In this document: positions 43,355-54,040 of the stretch, in pieces
Layout of the letters: the number at the start of each line of letters is the position of its first letter
How positions within the stretch are numbered: the stretch's first letter is position 1
NCBI GenBank assembly: GCA_965224085.1
Contig: CBDCYI010000005.1
Location: 1,792,001 to 1,856,000 of the forward strand
Length of the DNA stretch: 64,000 nucleotides
Direction: 5' to 3'
Source of the DNA: Candidatus Marinacidobacterales bacterium
Lineage (GTDB): Bacteria > Acidobacteriota > Vicinamibacteria > Marinacidobacterales > SMYC01
Made by a program: the position numbers and the translations under genes
The notes under the pieces: model-generated
Seen by the model: the letters and a program-made list of their open reading frames with translations, nothing else
Told to the model about the DNA's origin: nothing
Databases searched by the model: none

Positions 43355-45805
43355 ATGGCCACCACGGCTGAACGACTGCCCGTCAACATCGAAGACGAAA
43401 TGAAGCGGTCCTATATGGACTACGCGATGTCGGTCATCATTGGCCGCGCATTGCCGGACGTTCGCGACGGCTTGAAACCGGTCCATCGGCGGGTCCTCTA
43501 CGCGATGTACCGTGAAGGGCTCTTATCGAACCGGGCCTATTCAAAATGCGCGGGAATCGTCGGCGAGGTTCTCAAGAAATATCACCCGCATGGAGACTCC
43601 GCCGTCTACGACACGCTCGTCCGCATGGCACAGGACTTCAATCTGCGGACTCCGCTCATCGACGGCCAGGGAAATTTTGGCTCCGTAGACGGCGACCCAC
43701 CCGCGGCCTATCGATACACGGAAGCCCGTTTGACGGCGCTTGCCGAGAGCATGATGAGGGACATCGACAAGGATACCGTCGACTTCGTCCCGAATTTCGA
43801 TGGCAATACGGCGGAGCCCACCGTGCTGCCGACCGCCGCACCCAACTTGCTCGTCAACGGATCCGCGGGTATCGCGGTCGGAATGGCGACGAATATTCCG
43901 CCGCACAACCTCCGAGAAGTCGTGGACGGGATTCTCTACGCGCTCGAGAACCAGTCGATGGACGACGAGGAGCTCACGACGGGGCTTCTCGGGATCATCA
44001 AAGGCCCGGATTTTCCAACCGCGGCTTTCCTTCACGGACGTGGCGGGATCGAGCAGGCCTATCGCACCGGCCGCGGCTCGATTCAGCTGCGTGCCCGAGC
44101 GACGATCGAGGATACACGGAAAGACCGCCAGGCCATCATCATCACAGAAATTCCCTATCAAGTGAACAAAGCGAAACTCCAGGAGAAGATTGGCGAGCTC
44201 GTTCGCGACAAGAAGCTCGACGGTATCTCCGACATGAGGGACGAGTCCGATCGTCGCGGCATGCGGATTGTCATCGACTTGAAACGTGGCGAAGTCGGTC
44301 AGGTCGTCCTCAACAATCTTTACAAACATACGACGCTTCAAACGAGCTTCGGCATCATCCTTCTCGCGATCGTCGACAACCGCCCGAAGGTCCTCAAGCT
44401 CATCGAGGTGCTGCGTCTGTTCATCGACTTCCGTCGTGACATCGTTCGCAGGCGAACGGCCTACGAGCTCCGAAAAGCCGAAGCGCGCGCGCATATCCTC
44501 GAAGGCTTCGTCGTAGCACTCGACCATCTCGATGCCGTGATCGAGCTCATCCGTGCGTCGAAAGACCCCGCCGCGGCCCGTTCGGCTCTGATCGAGCAAT
44601 ACGAGCTCAGCGAGATCCAAGCCCAAGCGGTTCTCGATTTGCAGTTGCAACGGCTCACGGGGATGGAGCGCGACAAGATCATCACCGAGCACGAAGAGAT
44701 CCAAAAGCGCATCGCGGAGCTGAGGGCGATTCTGGCAAGTGCCACGAAGATCGACGCCATCGTTCGTGAAGAGCTCGAAGAAGTGAAAGAGAAGTTCGGA
44801 GAGGACCGTCGCACCGAGATCATCGCAAAAACGCAGGAGATCAGCGTCGAGGACATGATCGCCGAAGAGGACATGGTCATCACCGTGTCCCATTCCGGTT
44901 ATGTGAAGCGCAGCCCCCTCTCCGTCTACCGCAAGCAGAAACGCGGCGGCAAAGGCCGGAAGGGGATGCAGACGCGTGAAGAGGACTTTGTCGACCACCT
45001 CTTCATTGCCTCGACCCATGCGTACATCATGATATTCACCAACCACGGCAAGGTTTATTGGTTGAAGGTTCACGAGATCCCTGCGGTTGGCGCCGCCGGC
45101 AAAGGCAAGGCCATCGTGAACTTGGTCGCCATGCGGCCCGAGGAAACCCTCGCCGCCGTCTGTGCGGTGAAGGAATTCCCTGAGGACCGGTTCGTCCTTA
45201 TGGCGACAAGAAAAGGCACCATCAAGAAGACACCTTTGTCCTCCTTCAAAAACCCGAACGCGCGGGGCCTCATCGCGATCGCTATCGACACTGACGACGA
45301 GCTCATCGTGGCGGCGATCACCGAGGGCGACAGCCAGGTGGTTCTCGCCTCCCGCTCAGGTAAAACGATCCGATTCACGGAGACCGATGTCCGCATCACG
45401 GGGCGTACCACGCGGGGCGTGAGGGGCATCCGCCTCGGAGCAGGAGATGCTGTGGTGAGCATGGCGGTCGTAAACACCGAGGGAACGCTTTTGACCGTCA
45501 CCGAGAAAGGCTACGGGAAGAGGAGCCACGTCGAAAGCTACCGGTTCCAGACTCGCGGCGGCCAAGGCGTCATCAACATCAAAACCACGAAGCGCAACGG
45601 CGATGTTGTCGCCGTACCATTCGTGAACGACGAAGACGAAGTCATGGCCATCACCGCGCAAGGCATGATCCTCCGGCTGCGCGTCAAAGATTTCAACATT
45701 CTGGGCCGCATCACGCAGGGTGTACGGCTCATCCATCTCGATGAAGGGGATCAGGTGGTCGCGGTCGCAAAGCTCGCCGAGAAGGTCGACGACAACGGCA
45801 AGTGA
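43355..45805 (+). CDS. gyrA: DNA gyrase subunit A
   Basis: DGLKPVHRR, HPHGD, AAYRYTEARL, GyrA-box QKRGGKG. Confidence 0.98.
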   Translation: MATTAERLPVNIEDEMKRSYMDYAMSVIIGRALPDVRDGLKPVHRRVLYAMYREGLLSNRAYSKCAGIVGEVLKKYHPHGDSAVYDTLVRMAQDFNLRTPLIDGQGNFGSVDGDPPAAYRYTEARLTALAESMMRDIDKDTVDFVPNFDGNTAEPTVLPTAAPNLLVNGSAGIAVGMATNIPPHNLREVVDGILYALENQSMDDEELTTGLLGIIKGPDFPTAAFLHGRGGIEQAYRTGRGSIQLRARATIEDTRKDRQAIIITEIPYQVNKAKLQEKIGELVRDKKLDGISDMRDESDRRGMRIVIDLKRGEVGQVVLNNLYKHTTLQTSFGIILLAIVDNRPKVLKLIEVLRLFIDFRRDIVRRRTAYELRKAEARAHILEGFVVALDHLDAVIELIRASKDPAAARSALIEQYELSEIQAQAVLDLQLQRLTGMERDKIITEHEEIQKRIAELRAILASATKIDAIVREELEEVKEKFGEDRRTEIIAKTQEISVEDMIAEEDMVITVSHSGYVKRSPLSVYRKQKRGGKGRKGMQTREEDFVDHLFIASTHAYIMIFTNHGKVYWLKVHEIPAVGAAGKGKAIVNLVAMRPEETLAAVCAVKEFPEDRFVLMATRKGTIKKTPLSSFKNPNARGLIAIAIDTDDELIVAAITEGDSQVVLASRSGKTIRFTETDVRITGRTTRGVRGIRLGAGDAVVSMAVVNTEGTLLTVTEKGYGKRSHVESYRFQTRGGQGVINIKTTKRNGDVVAVPFVNDEDEVMAITAQGMILRLRVKDFNILGRITQGVRLIHLDEGDQVVAVAKLAEKVDDNGK

Positions 45806-45919
45806 TTGGCTATCCGCCCATCGACTGATATACACTCGTCGCGATCGGGGTCCCGAGTGTCCTTACAGGGCACGAGGGCCCGCCCGCGCCGGCAGCAATT
45901 ACCACCGTATCGACTCTTT

Positions 45920-46805
45920 ATGGCCGCCTTTGTTCTGCGAGCAGCGCTCCTCTCGTTCGCCATCGCTGCAATCGGATGCGGCAGCCGCGGCGACCGACTC
46001 TTCGCCGAAGCCCAGCGAGCGATGGAGGACGACGACAGTCAAAAGCGCCGCGCGGCTCTATAAAGAGGTCACCATCCAGGCGCCCGAAAGCCCACTGGCC
46101 GCCGAGGCGCATTACGAGCTCGCTCGGATCTACTATCTACGCCTAAAGAACGTCGAGGCGGCCCGGGACAGCCTCATGACCGTCCTGCAGGATTATCCAG
46201 ATTCCACGCTCGGGCAACCTGCGCGGCACTTGCTGGCGCGGCTCTATGACGAGGTCTTCAAGGAGCCACAAAAAGCCTTGATGCACTATCGCGCCCTTTT
46301 AGCGGAGGACCTCGAGGACGACCTCCGGCGCGACACGCTTCTCGCGATAGCCCATTGCTACTATGCGCTCAACGCGCTCGACGCCGCCAAAGACGCTTAT
46401 CGCCGCGCGCTGGCTCCGAGCTATCACCCGGATACGGACGGCGCTTACTTGCGGCTTGCAAACCTCGAGTGGCTTTCCGGCGGCACCGACGAATCGCTGC
46501 GCTTGCTGCGCGATCTCCAAACAAAGACCGCGGACCTGGAGCGCCGCCGCGAAGCGATGTTGAGCGAAATCGAGATACTCCTGAGTTTGGGACGCTTCCC
46601 CGACGCTCATGCGCGGCTCCGTGAGGCCGAGAGAGCCTTTCCGCGCTCGACCGAGCTACAAGAGCTTTCTATCCGCCTTCAAGCCACGGAAACTCTCCTC
46701 GCCTCGCTCGACGGCGCCGGAGAGGAAGCCCTTTTGCAAGAACAGCAAAAGAAAATAAGATGGGGTGGTCGCCGCCGCCGAAGGCCGGCACCAAGAGAAC
46801 CCTAG
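45920..46805 (+). pseudogene. TPR lipoprotein, frameshifted near 46040
   Basis: lipobox AIGC signal in one frame, TPR helices in the next. Confidence 0.7.
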
Positions 46806-47040
46806 TCCCCGCTATCAGTAGTTCGTCACGCAAATCTCGGGCCCTTTTGCGCGCTGGCGTCGTTGCTGCATGGTTTGCAGTTCGGCTTCGGGCCTGGCCC
46901 TCCAAAATAACCCAATGTACGTCATCGTCACGCCTCGCCAGCCCACAAAATGACCTCGAGCTTTATGCACGAGCCGCGGGTCCGAGCACTAGTGGCCCCG
47001 GTGGGCAAAACGTGGTCTGATCGACCCATATGGGGGAAGC

Positions 47041-47712
47041 ATGAAACGGCTCATGGTGTGCGCCGTGGCGGCGGCTCTTTCGGGTGTCGCCTGTGTTGGA
47101 CCGGAAGAAGAGATCCTCGAGCGCTACCTGCTGGCATCCCAGAGGGGAGACAGCCCCACTGTTGCCGCGCTCTCCATGGTGGCGTTTCCGGAGGACGACG
47201 TTCAATCCTGGAACATTCTCGAGGTCGGCAAGTTGCGCACCGAGCCGTACACCATCCCCGTGCTCCGGGAGACCGTCGGGCTGGCGGAAGACGAGCGTGA
47301 TGCGCAGTTCAAAGCCTTCGGCGACTTTCGAAGGAAGAACTACGCGTCGCTCACACGCATCCAAGCCCGCCTTAGAGAGGAGCCGGACTATCATTTCTCA
47401 GGCCGCCTCGGAGAGCTGCAGGATGAGTGGGATGCGTTTCGAGTCGAGCGCAGCGAAGTTGTCGCCAAGCTTCACGATGCGGAGATCGCCTTCGAGCGCG
47501 AGCTCCGCCGCGTGAACAAATCGTTGCAACGCGAATCGAGCCCCGAATATCTGACGGGGGAGATGCTTCTCAAAAACGCCCGCGTACGCGTCACGACCGA
47601 GGTGGGCGACGGACATTTCGACTTCACGCTGACGCAATACGCGTTGAAGAATCAGTTCGACGCGCTCGTGCCGGCGCGCTGGATCATCACCGCCGTCGAG
47701 AAGACGAGCTAA
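47041..47712 (+). CDS. hypothetical lipoprotein with coiled-coil core
   Basis: MKRLMVCAVAAALSGVAC lipobox; GGGG RBS. Confidence 0.8.
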   Translation: MKRLMVCAVAAALSGVACVGPEEEILERYLLASQRGDSPTVAALSMVAFPEDDVQSWNILEVGKLRTEPYTIPVLRETVGLAEDERDAQFKAFGDFRRKNYASLTRIQARLREEPDYHFSGRLGELQDEWDAFRVERSEVVAKLHDAEIAFERELRRVNKSLQRESSPEYLTGEMLLKNARVRVTTEVGDGHFDFTLTQYALKNQFDALVPARWIITAVEKTS

Positions 47713-49838
47713 CTCAAGATCTGAAGTTTCGCGTACTGGGCCACCAGCCGCTTCCGGCCCGCGTTTCGGAAAACGACCGTGATCTTGCGATCGGGTCCGC
47801 TGCCGGTGGCGTCGACGATTCTGCCCTCGCCAAACTTGTCGTGACGTACAAGTGCTCCCGGCCGCAGCGAGCCGCGGTGGCTCTTCGGGGAGCCAGGCCC
47901 GCTCTCGAGCGGGACGCGGCTCAGCTGCCCGCCATGCAGGTCACTGTCCGGGATTTCCGCCAAAAAGCGCGAGGGCTGTCGAGAGTTCGTCTGATAGGAG
48001 AATCGCCGTGACTCGGCGAAGCAAAGGTAAAGCTTACGCTTCGCGCGCGTCATCCCGACATAGAACAAGCGTCGCTCCTCCTCGAGGGCTTTGGGATCCC
48101 CGCTCGCCCGGATGTGCGGGAACAGGCCTTCTTCGAGCCCAGCGAGAAACACAACGTCGAACTCCAGGCCTTTGGCGGCGTGAAGCGTCATGAGAAGACA
48201 CGGCGCCGGTCCATCGACTGTGTCGATATCGGTGAGCAAACCCACACCGTCGAGAAAACCGTGAAGCGCCGGCGCGGCTTCGCGGGCTTCGTACTCTGCT
48301 GCTGCTGCGATGAGCTGCGCGAGATTTTCTTTACGCTCCCGCGCCGCGGCCTCGCCCTCGCGTTCGAGCTCCGCGAGAAGGCCGGCCGTATCGAGCGCAC
48401 CGCGGACGAGCTCGGAGGGTCTGCTCTGTGCAGCCTTTTTGGTCATCGTCAGAACAACCTCGCGAAATTGCGTGAGCCCGAGCCGAGGGCGTCCCGGCAA
48501 GAGATCGCCGTCGAGGACTTCGTGGGCGGCGTCCCAAAGCGAGCAGCCTGCCGCAGCCGCAGTGCGCTGGAGCATGGCGGTCGTGGCTTGGCCCACGCCC
48601 CGCTGCGGGACGTTGACGACGCGAACGAAGCTGGCGTCGTCGTGCGGGTTCGACACGAGACGGACATAGGCGAGAACGTCTTTGATCTCGCGGCGATCGT
48701 AGAAGCGCAGGCCACCGAGAACACAGTGCGGCACGCCTCGCGCGACGAGCTCTTCTTCGAAGATCCGCGTTTGCGCGTGGGTACGGAGCAAGATGGCCGC
48801 CCGCGCATTGGGCTCGTCGCGCCGCGTCCGATCGAGGGTGCGCGCCACGAAAGCTGCCTCTTCGCGATCGTCTTCGGCGCCGTGGAGCTCTGGTCGCGTG
48901 CCTTCGTCGAGGCTCGCGATCAAGCGCTTGTCTTTCCGCGAGCGGTTGTTTTGGATGACCGCGCTCGCGGCGCGGAGGATGGCCGCCCCCGAGCGATAGT
49001 TCACTTCGAGCTTTACGGTTCTGGCGTTTTTGAAGTCGGACTCGAAATCGAGGATATTCCGCAGGTCCGCGCCGCGAAAGCTGTAGATGGATTGATCCTC
49101 GTCACCGACGACGAAGACGTTCCCGTGAGGTGCAAGGAGGCGCAGAAGACGGTACTGGATCCTGTTCGTGTCCTGATATTCGTCGACGAGTAGGTGACGA
49201 AAGCGCCGCTCCGCGAATCCTTGCGCCCGCTCGGAGCACTCCATGAGCTCTACGCTCCGCAGCAGCAAATCGTCGAAGTCGACCGCACCTTGAGCGTCGA
49301 GCTCTTTCTGATATTGCGGCGCGACCATTTCCAGGACTTGGTGAAAGCGGGGATCTCCCGAGCGGCGCCCGGAAAAAGCGCGGAGCTTGTACTCGGAGAC
49401 CGCCGCTGCGATGCGCGCCAGCGGAAACTCGCGCTCCGACAGGTTCTGCGCGCGACAGATGCGGCGTAGCAAGGCTTTCCGGTCGTCGGTGGTGTAGAGC
49501 GTGAAACCCGAGCGCAGGCCGACATCCTCCCCGAATCGGCGAAGAAGCCGCAGCGCTAGCGCGTGAAAAGTGTGAATCGCCACGTCCTTTCCCGAATCGC
49601 TCAAGAGCGCGCGCACGCGGGCGCGCATCTCGTCCGCGGCTTTGTTGGTGAACGTCACCGCGAGGATCGTCTCCGGTGCGTTGCCACGGCCTTCGATGAG
49701 ATAGGCGATGCGGTGCACGATGACGCGTGTTTTGCCAGACCCAGCCCCGGCGAGCACGAGAAGCGCCCCGTCGGGTGCCGTTACCGCTTCGCGTTGCTGA
49801 TCATTCAAGTGATCGAGAAGGGCCTCGGGCATCGGCAC
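47709..49838 (-). CDS. uvrD: UvrD/PcrA DNA helicase
   Basis: AGAGSGKT, TFTNKAA, DEYQDTN, VGDEDQSIY, MTLHAAKGLEF, YVGMTRA, Tudor-like C-terminus. Confidence 0.96.
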   Translation of the reverse strand: MPMPEALLDHLNDQQREAVTAPDGALLVLAGAGSGKTRVIVHRIAYLIEGRGNAPETILAVTFTNKAADEMRARVRALLSDSGKDVAIHTFHALALRLLRRFGEDVGLRSGFTLYTTDDRKALLRRICRAQNLSEREFPLARIAAAVSEYKLRAFSGRRSGDPRFHQVLEMVAPQYQKELDAQGAVDFDDLLLRSVELMECSERAQGFAERRFRHLLVDEYQDTNRIQYRLLRLLAPHGNVFVVGDEDQSIYSFRGADLRNILDFESDFKNARTVKLEVNYRSGAAILRAASAVIQNNRSRKDKRLIASLDEGTRPELHGAEDDREEAAFVARTLDRTRRDEPNARAAILLRTHAQTRIFEEELVARGVPHCVLGGLRFYDRREIKDVLAYVRLVSNPHDDASFVRVVNVPQRGVGQATTAMLQRTAAAAGCSLWDAAHEVLDGDLLPGRPRLGLTQFREVVLTMTKKAAQSRPSELVRGALDTAGLLAELEREGEAAARERKENLAQLIAAAAEYEAREAAPALHGFLDGVGLLTDIDTVDGPAPCLLMTLHAAKGLEFDVVFLAGLEEGLFPHIRASGDPKALEEERRLFYVGMTRAKRKLYLCFAESRRFSYQTNSRQPSRFLAEIPDSDLHGGQLSRVPLESGPGSPKSHRGSLRPGALVRHDKFGEGRIVDATGSGPDRKITVVFRNAGRKRLVAQYAKLQILS

Positions 49839-50126
49839 AGTTTAGCTCATGCCGAAGACCGCGCTCCGATAAAAGCTACCCGACCCTATTGATCATTGTG
49901 GCGCGACTCTCCCCGCTCCGGAGACCGTCACCGACACTATCGGGTTTCCCAAGTACCGGACGACGCCCGCGCCCGCGACCTGACCGCTGAGGCTCTCGCG
50001 CACATTGTTCCTCATTCTTTTCCCCCCGAGCTAACTAACTAGTACCCGTCCTGACAGGTGTAAGAGGTTGAGAAAAAAGGGGTAATCGCAAATTTAGGGC
50101 TAGCCTTCTGAGGGAGTGTCGTTTAG

Positions 50127-50751
50127 TCCGCTAATAAACCCGCCGCCTCTGGCGGCGTGACCCGAAGAGCATCGAGCGATCCGGCGTGTGCTAGGTTCCC
50201 CCTCCGGGAAGACCCTGTGGGGCCTCCGAAAGGAGAACCTGCATGCACGAATGGAAAAGCCTGTCGCAAGTGCGATGGGAATGCAAGTACCACGTGGTGA
50301 TCATCCCCAAGTATCGTAGAAGGGTGTTATATGGGGACCTTCGGCGTCGCGTGGGGCGAATTCTTCGAGAGCTTTGTGAGCAGAGAGGAGTAGAACTGAT
50401 AGAAGGCAACGCGCAACCGGACCACATCCACCTGTGTATGAGCATCCCTCCCAAGTACAGCGTATCTCACACGATCGGTTTTCTGAAAGGGAAGAGTGCG
50501 GTACGCATCCACCGAGAATTGCTGAAAGAACGTCGTATGACGGGCTTGCATTTTTGGGCGAAGGGGTACTGTGTGAGTACGGTTGGGACGAGGAGCGAAT
50601 AAGAAAGTACATCCGGGAGCAAGAAAAGCTTGAGTCTCGCCAAGGTGATCTCGACCTGAGTTAACGAGAGACGGCCCCAAGCCTTCCCAACGTCATCGGC
50701 CCCCTCGGGGGGGCCTTCCTAAACCCACGCCCTATGGGCGTGGTCGGTTAG
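50127..50751 (+). mobile_element. IS200/IS605-family tnpA-only element (625 bp)
   Basis: inserted after TTAG and ends in TTAG; subterminal hairpins CGCCGC-CTCTG-GCGGCG and CCACGCCC-TAT-GGGCGTGG, each preceded by AAAC. Confidence 0.92.
50243..50664 (+). pseudogene. tnpA: HUH Y1 transposase TnpA, frameshifted near 50586
   Basis: CKYHVVIIPKYRR, DHIH, LKGKS, FWAKGYCVSTVG; the catalytic YIREQ helix lies in another frame. Confidence 0.88.
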
Positions 50752-50811
50752 TATCGAGTCGACAAAAACGCAGATTCTAAACGACTTAACTCCAAAGGAG
50801 ACCAGCCCTAA

Positions 50812-52176
50812 ATGCGAAAAACGATCAACCCACAACCAAGCCTTCGCGAGCCCTGGCTGGAGCTGGAGCACGCACGCGAGCTCGAAACGATATCATCGCT
50901 GCTCGATGCCCATCCTAAGCTCAATGAGCTGGTACTGCAAGACCTGAGGTCGGTCACCCCATCGGCAGGGAGCGATGTTGGTCGTGGGGGAATGAGCGCG
51001 GAGCAGGTTCTCCGGGCGTTGTTGGTCAAGCAGCTGAATCAGTTCACCTATCGGGAGCTGGCGTTTCACTTGGCAGACTCTCGAAGCTATCGGACGTTTT
51101 GCCAGCTCGGCATCATAGAGCCGAGCCCGTCGAAGTCGACCCTAGCAGCAAACATCAAAGCCGTGAAGTTCGAAACGCTGGAGAAAATCAACCGAGAGTT
51201 GGTGAGTGTTGCCGAGAAGACCGCGATCGAAAAAGGAAGAAAAGTACGAGTGGACTGCACGGTAGTGGAGTCGAATATTCATTCTCCTACGGACTCCGAG
51301 CTTCTTTATGACTGCGTCCGAGTTCTCACTCGCCTCATGTGCCGAACTCGCGAACTGCTGGGTACAGTAGTGGTCTTCGGCAATCGAACGCGTCGAGCGA
51401 AGAGACGTCGACTGGGAGTTCTAAACGCGAAGGATAAGGAACAAAGGCGTCGCGTCTATCGAGATCTACTGAAGGTGTCGGAAGAAACCTATCGCTCCGC
51501 TCAACGCGTTGCAGACCAGTTGGACGAGTCCGGCTTGACCGAGCCGGTGAAGCGAGCGAGTGCGGAGAAGATCGCCGCGGATTTTAAGCACTTTCTCGTC
51601 CTCACCGAAAAAGTCATCAACCAAACTCGGCGTAGAGTGATTGATGAAGAGCGTGTGCCTGCGGAGGAAAAGGTCGTTTCGATCTTCGAAGAACACACCG
51701 ACATTATTCGCAAAGACCGGCGCGAGACTCTCTACGGTCACAAGGTGTGTTTGACTGGTGGCTCGTCCTCGATGATTTTGGATTGCGTGATCTTGGATGG
51801 GAATCCGTCCGATTCAACTCTCGCGGAAACCATGATCGACCGTCAAGTCGAACTCTACGAACGGGCCCCGCGCCAGGTTGCCTACGATGGCGCGTTTTCT
51901 TCAAAGGCAAACTTGGAAGCCATCAAAGGCAAGGGAGTTGAAGATGTTGCCTTTACCAAGGCTCACTTCGCGGTGACCGATATGGTCAAGAGTTCCTGGG
52001 TCTATCAACGCCTACGGCGATTTCGCTGCGGAATCGAAGGCGTCATTTCGTTCTTGAAACGAGTCTTTGGTCTCGACCGATGCACATGGCGCTCATTGCC
52101 TTCTTTCAAATCCTACGTATGGAGTTCCATCATCACCTGCAACCTGTTGGTAATGGCAAGGCACCTATTACGATAA
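50812..52176 (+). CDS. DDE transposase, copy 2
   Basis: protein identical to 10947..12311. Confidence 0.95.
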   Translation: MRKTINPQPSLREPWLELEHARELETISSLLDAHPKLNELVLQDLRSVTPSAGSDVGRGGMSAEQVLRALLVKQLNQFTYRELAFHLADSRSYRTFCQLGIIEPSPSKSTLAANIKAVKFETLEKINRELVSVAEKTAIEKGRKVRVDCTVVESNIHSPTDSELLYDCVRVLTRLMCRTRELLGTVVVFGNRTRRAKRRRLGVLNAKDKEQRRRVYRDLLKVSEETYRSAQRVADQLDESGLTEPVKRASAEKIAADFKHFLVLTEKVINQTRRRVIDEERVPAEEKVVSIFEEHTDIIRKDRRETLYGHKVCLTGGSSSMILDCVILDGNPSDSTLAETMIDRQVELYERAPRQVAYDGAFSSKANLEAIKGKGVEDVAFTKAHFAVTDMVKSSWVYQRLRRFRCGIEGVISFLKRVFGLDRCTWRSLPSFKSYVWSSIITCNLLVMARHLLR

Positions 52177-52356
52177 TAATGATTACTCTTACTGCGTTTA
52201 TAGCCATGGATTGCTGACGATTCGCCTCTCGTTTCGTCCAAGATTTTCATTCGCTTCCGAGCCTACGAGGTGCCGACTGAAAACGTATAATACCCACATC
52301 TTCGATAGGCCTCTCGTACACCACAAGTTATGGTGTTTCTGGACAGGAACTAACTA

Positions 52357-54040
52357 GTACCCGTCCTGACAGGTGTAAGAGGTTGAGAAAAAAGGGGTAA
52401 TCGCAAATTTAGGGCTAGCCTTCTGAGGGAGTGTCGTTTAGTATCGAGTCGACAAAAACGCAGATTCTAAACGACTTAACTCCAAAGGAGACCAGCCCTA
52501 AATGCGAAAAACGATCAACCCACAACCAAGCCTTCGCGAGCCCTGGCTGGAGCTGGAGCACGCACGCGAGCTCGAAACGATATCATCGCTGCTCGATGCC
52601 CATCCTAAGCTGAATGAGCTGGTACTGCAAGACCTGAGGTCGGTCACCCCATCGGCAGGGAGCGATGTTGGTCGTGGGGGAATGAGCGCGGAGCAGGTTC
52701 TCCGGGCGTTGTTGGTCAAGCAGCTGAATCAGTTCACCTATCGGGAGCTGGCGTTTCACTTGGCAGACTCTCGAAGCTATCGGACGTTTTGCCAGCTCGG
52801 CATCATAGAGCCGAGCCCGTCGAAGTCGACCCTAGCAGCAAACATCAAAGCCGTGAAGTTCGAAACGCTGGAGAAAATCAACCGAGAGTTGGTGAGTGTT
52901 GCCGAGAAGACCGCGATCGAAAAAGGAAGAAAAGTACGAGTGGACTGCACGGTAGTGGAGTCGAATATTCATTCTCCTACGGACTCCGAGCTTCTTTATG
53001 ACTGCGTCCGAGTTCTCACTCGCCTCATGTGCCGAACTCGCGAACTGCTGGGTACAGTAGTGGTCTTCGGCAATCGAACGCGTCGAGCGAAGAGACGTCG
53101 ACTGGGAGTTCTAAACGCGAAGGATAAGGAACAAAGGCGTCGCGTCTATCGAGATCTACTGAAGGTGTCGGAAGAAACCTATCGCTCCGCTCAACGCGTT
53201 GCAGACCAGTTGGACGAGTCCGGCTTGACCGAGCCGGTGAAGCGAGCGAGTGCGGAGAAGATCGCCGCGGATTTTAAGCACTTTCTCGTCCTCACCGAAA
53301 AAGTCATCAACCAAACTCGGCGTAGAGTGATTGATGAAGAGCGTGTGCCTGCGGAGGAAAAGGTCGTTTCGATCTTCGAAGAACACACCGACATTATTCG
53401 CAAAGACCGGCGCGAGACTCTCTACGGTCACAAGGTGTGTTTGACTGGTGGCTCGTCCTCGATGATTTTGGATTGCGTGATCTTGGATGGGAATCCGTCC
53501 GATTCAACTCTCGCGGAAACCATGATCGACCGTCAAGTCGAACTCTACGAACGGGCCCCGCGCCAGGTTGCCTACGATGGCGCGTTTTCTTCAAAGGCAA
53601 ACTTGGAAGCCATCAAAGGCAAGGGAGTTGAAGATGTTGCCTTTACCAAGGCTCACTTCGCGGTGACCGATATGGTCAAGAGTTCCTGGGTCTATCAACG
53701 CCTACGGCGATTTCGCTGCGGAATCGAAGGCGTCATTTCGTTCTTGAAACGAGTCTTTGGTCTCGACCGATGCACATGGCGCTCATTGCCTTCTTTCAAA
53801 TCCTACGTATGGAGTTCCATCATCACCTGCAACCTGTTGGTAATGGCAAGGCACCTATTACGATAATAATGATTACTCTTACTGCGTTTATAGCCATGGA
53901 TTGCTGACGATTCGCCTCTCGTTTCGTCCAAGATTTTCATTCGCTTCCGAGCCTACGAGGTGCCGACTGAAAACGTATAATACCCACATCTTCGATAGGC
54001 CTCTCGTACACCACAAGTTATGGTGTTTCTGGACAGGAAC
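52357..54040 (+). mobile_element. ISNCY/IS5-like element, copy 3 (1684 bp, tandem to copy 2)
   Basis: same ends; TAACTA at 52351-52356 and 54041-54046. Confidence 0.95.
52502..53866 (+). CDS. DDE transposase, copy 3
   Basis: protein identical to 10947..12311. Confidence 0.95.
   Translation: MRKTINPQPSLREPWLELEHARELETISSLLDAHPKLNELVLQDLRSVTPSAGSDVGRGGMSAEQVLRALLVKQLNQFTYRELAFHLADSRSYRTFCQLGIIEPSPSKSTLAANIKAVKFETLEKINRELVSVAEKTAIEKGRKVRVDCTVVESNIHSPTDSELLYDCVRVLTRLMCRTRELLGTVVVFGNRTRRAKRRRLGVLNAKDKEQRRRVYRDLLKVSEETYRSAQRVADQLDESGLTEPVKRASAEKIAADFKHFLVLTEKVINQTRRRVIDEERVPAEEKVVSIFEEHTDIIRKDRRETLYGHKVCLTGGSSSMILDCVILDGNPSDSTLAETMIDRQVELYERAPRQVAYDGAFSSKANLEAIKGKGVEDVAFTKAHFAVTDMVKSSWVYQRLRRFRCGIEGVISFLKRVFGLDRCTWRSLPSFKSYVWSSIITCNLLVMARHLLR

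Larger units (their letters stand above)
50042..52350 (+). mobile_element. ISNCY/IS5-like element, copy 2, with nested IS200-type insertion
   Basis: same ends as copy 1; flanked by TAACTA at 50036-50041 and 52351-52356. Confidence 0.95.

Noticed and set aside
43541-45073. 510-aa antisense ORF (similar ones at 2133-3296, 6246-7157, 48114-49193)
   Set aside because: Shadow frames of GC-rich, codon-biased genes (gyrA, rpsA, icmF, uvrD) with no recognisable motifs
50123-50752. TTAGT as a 5-bp target duplication
   Set aside because: HUH Y1 elements do not duplicate targets; better explained by identical left and right cleavage tetramers
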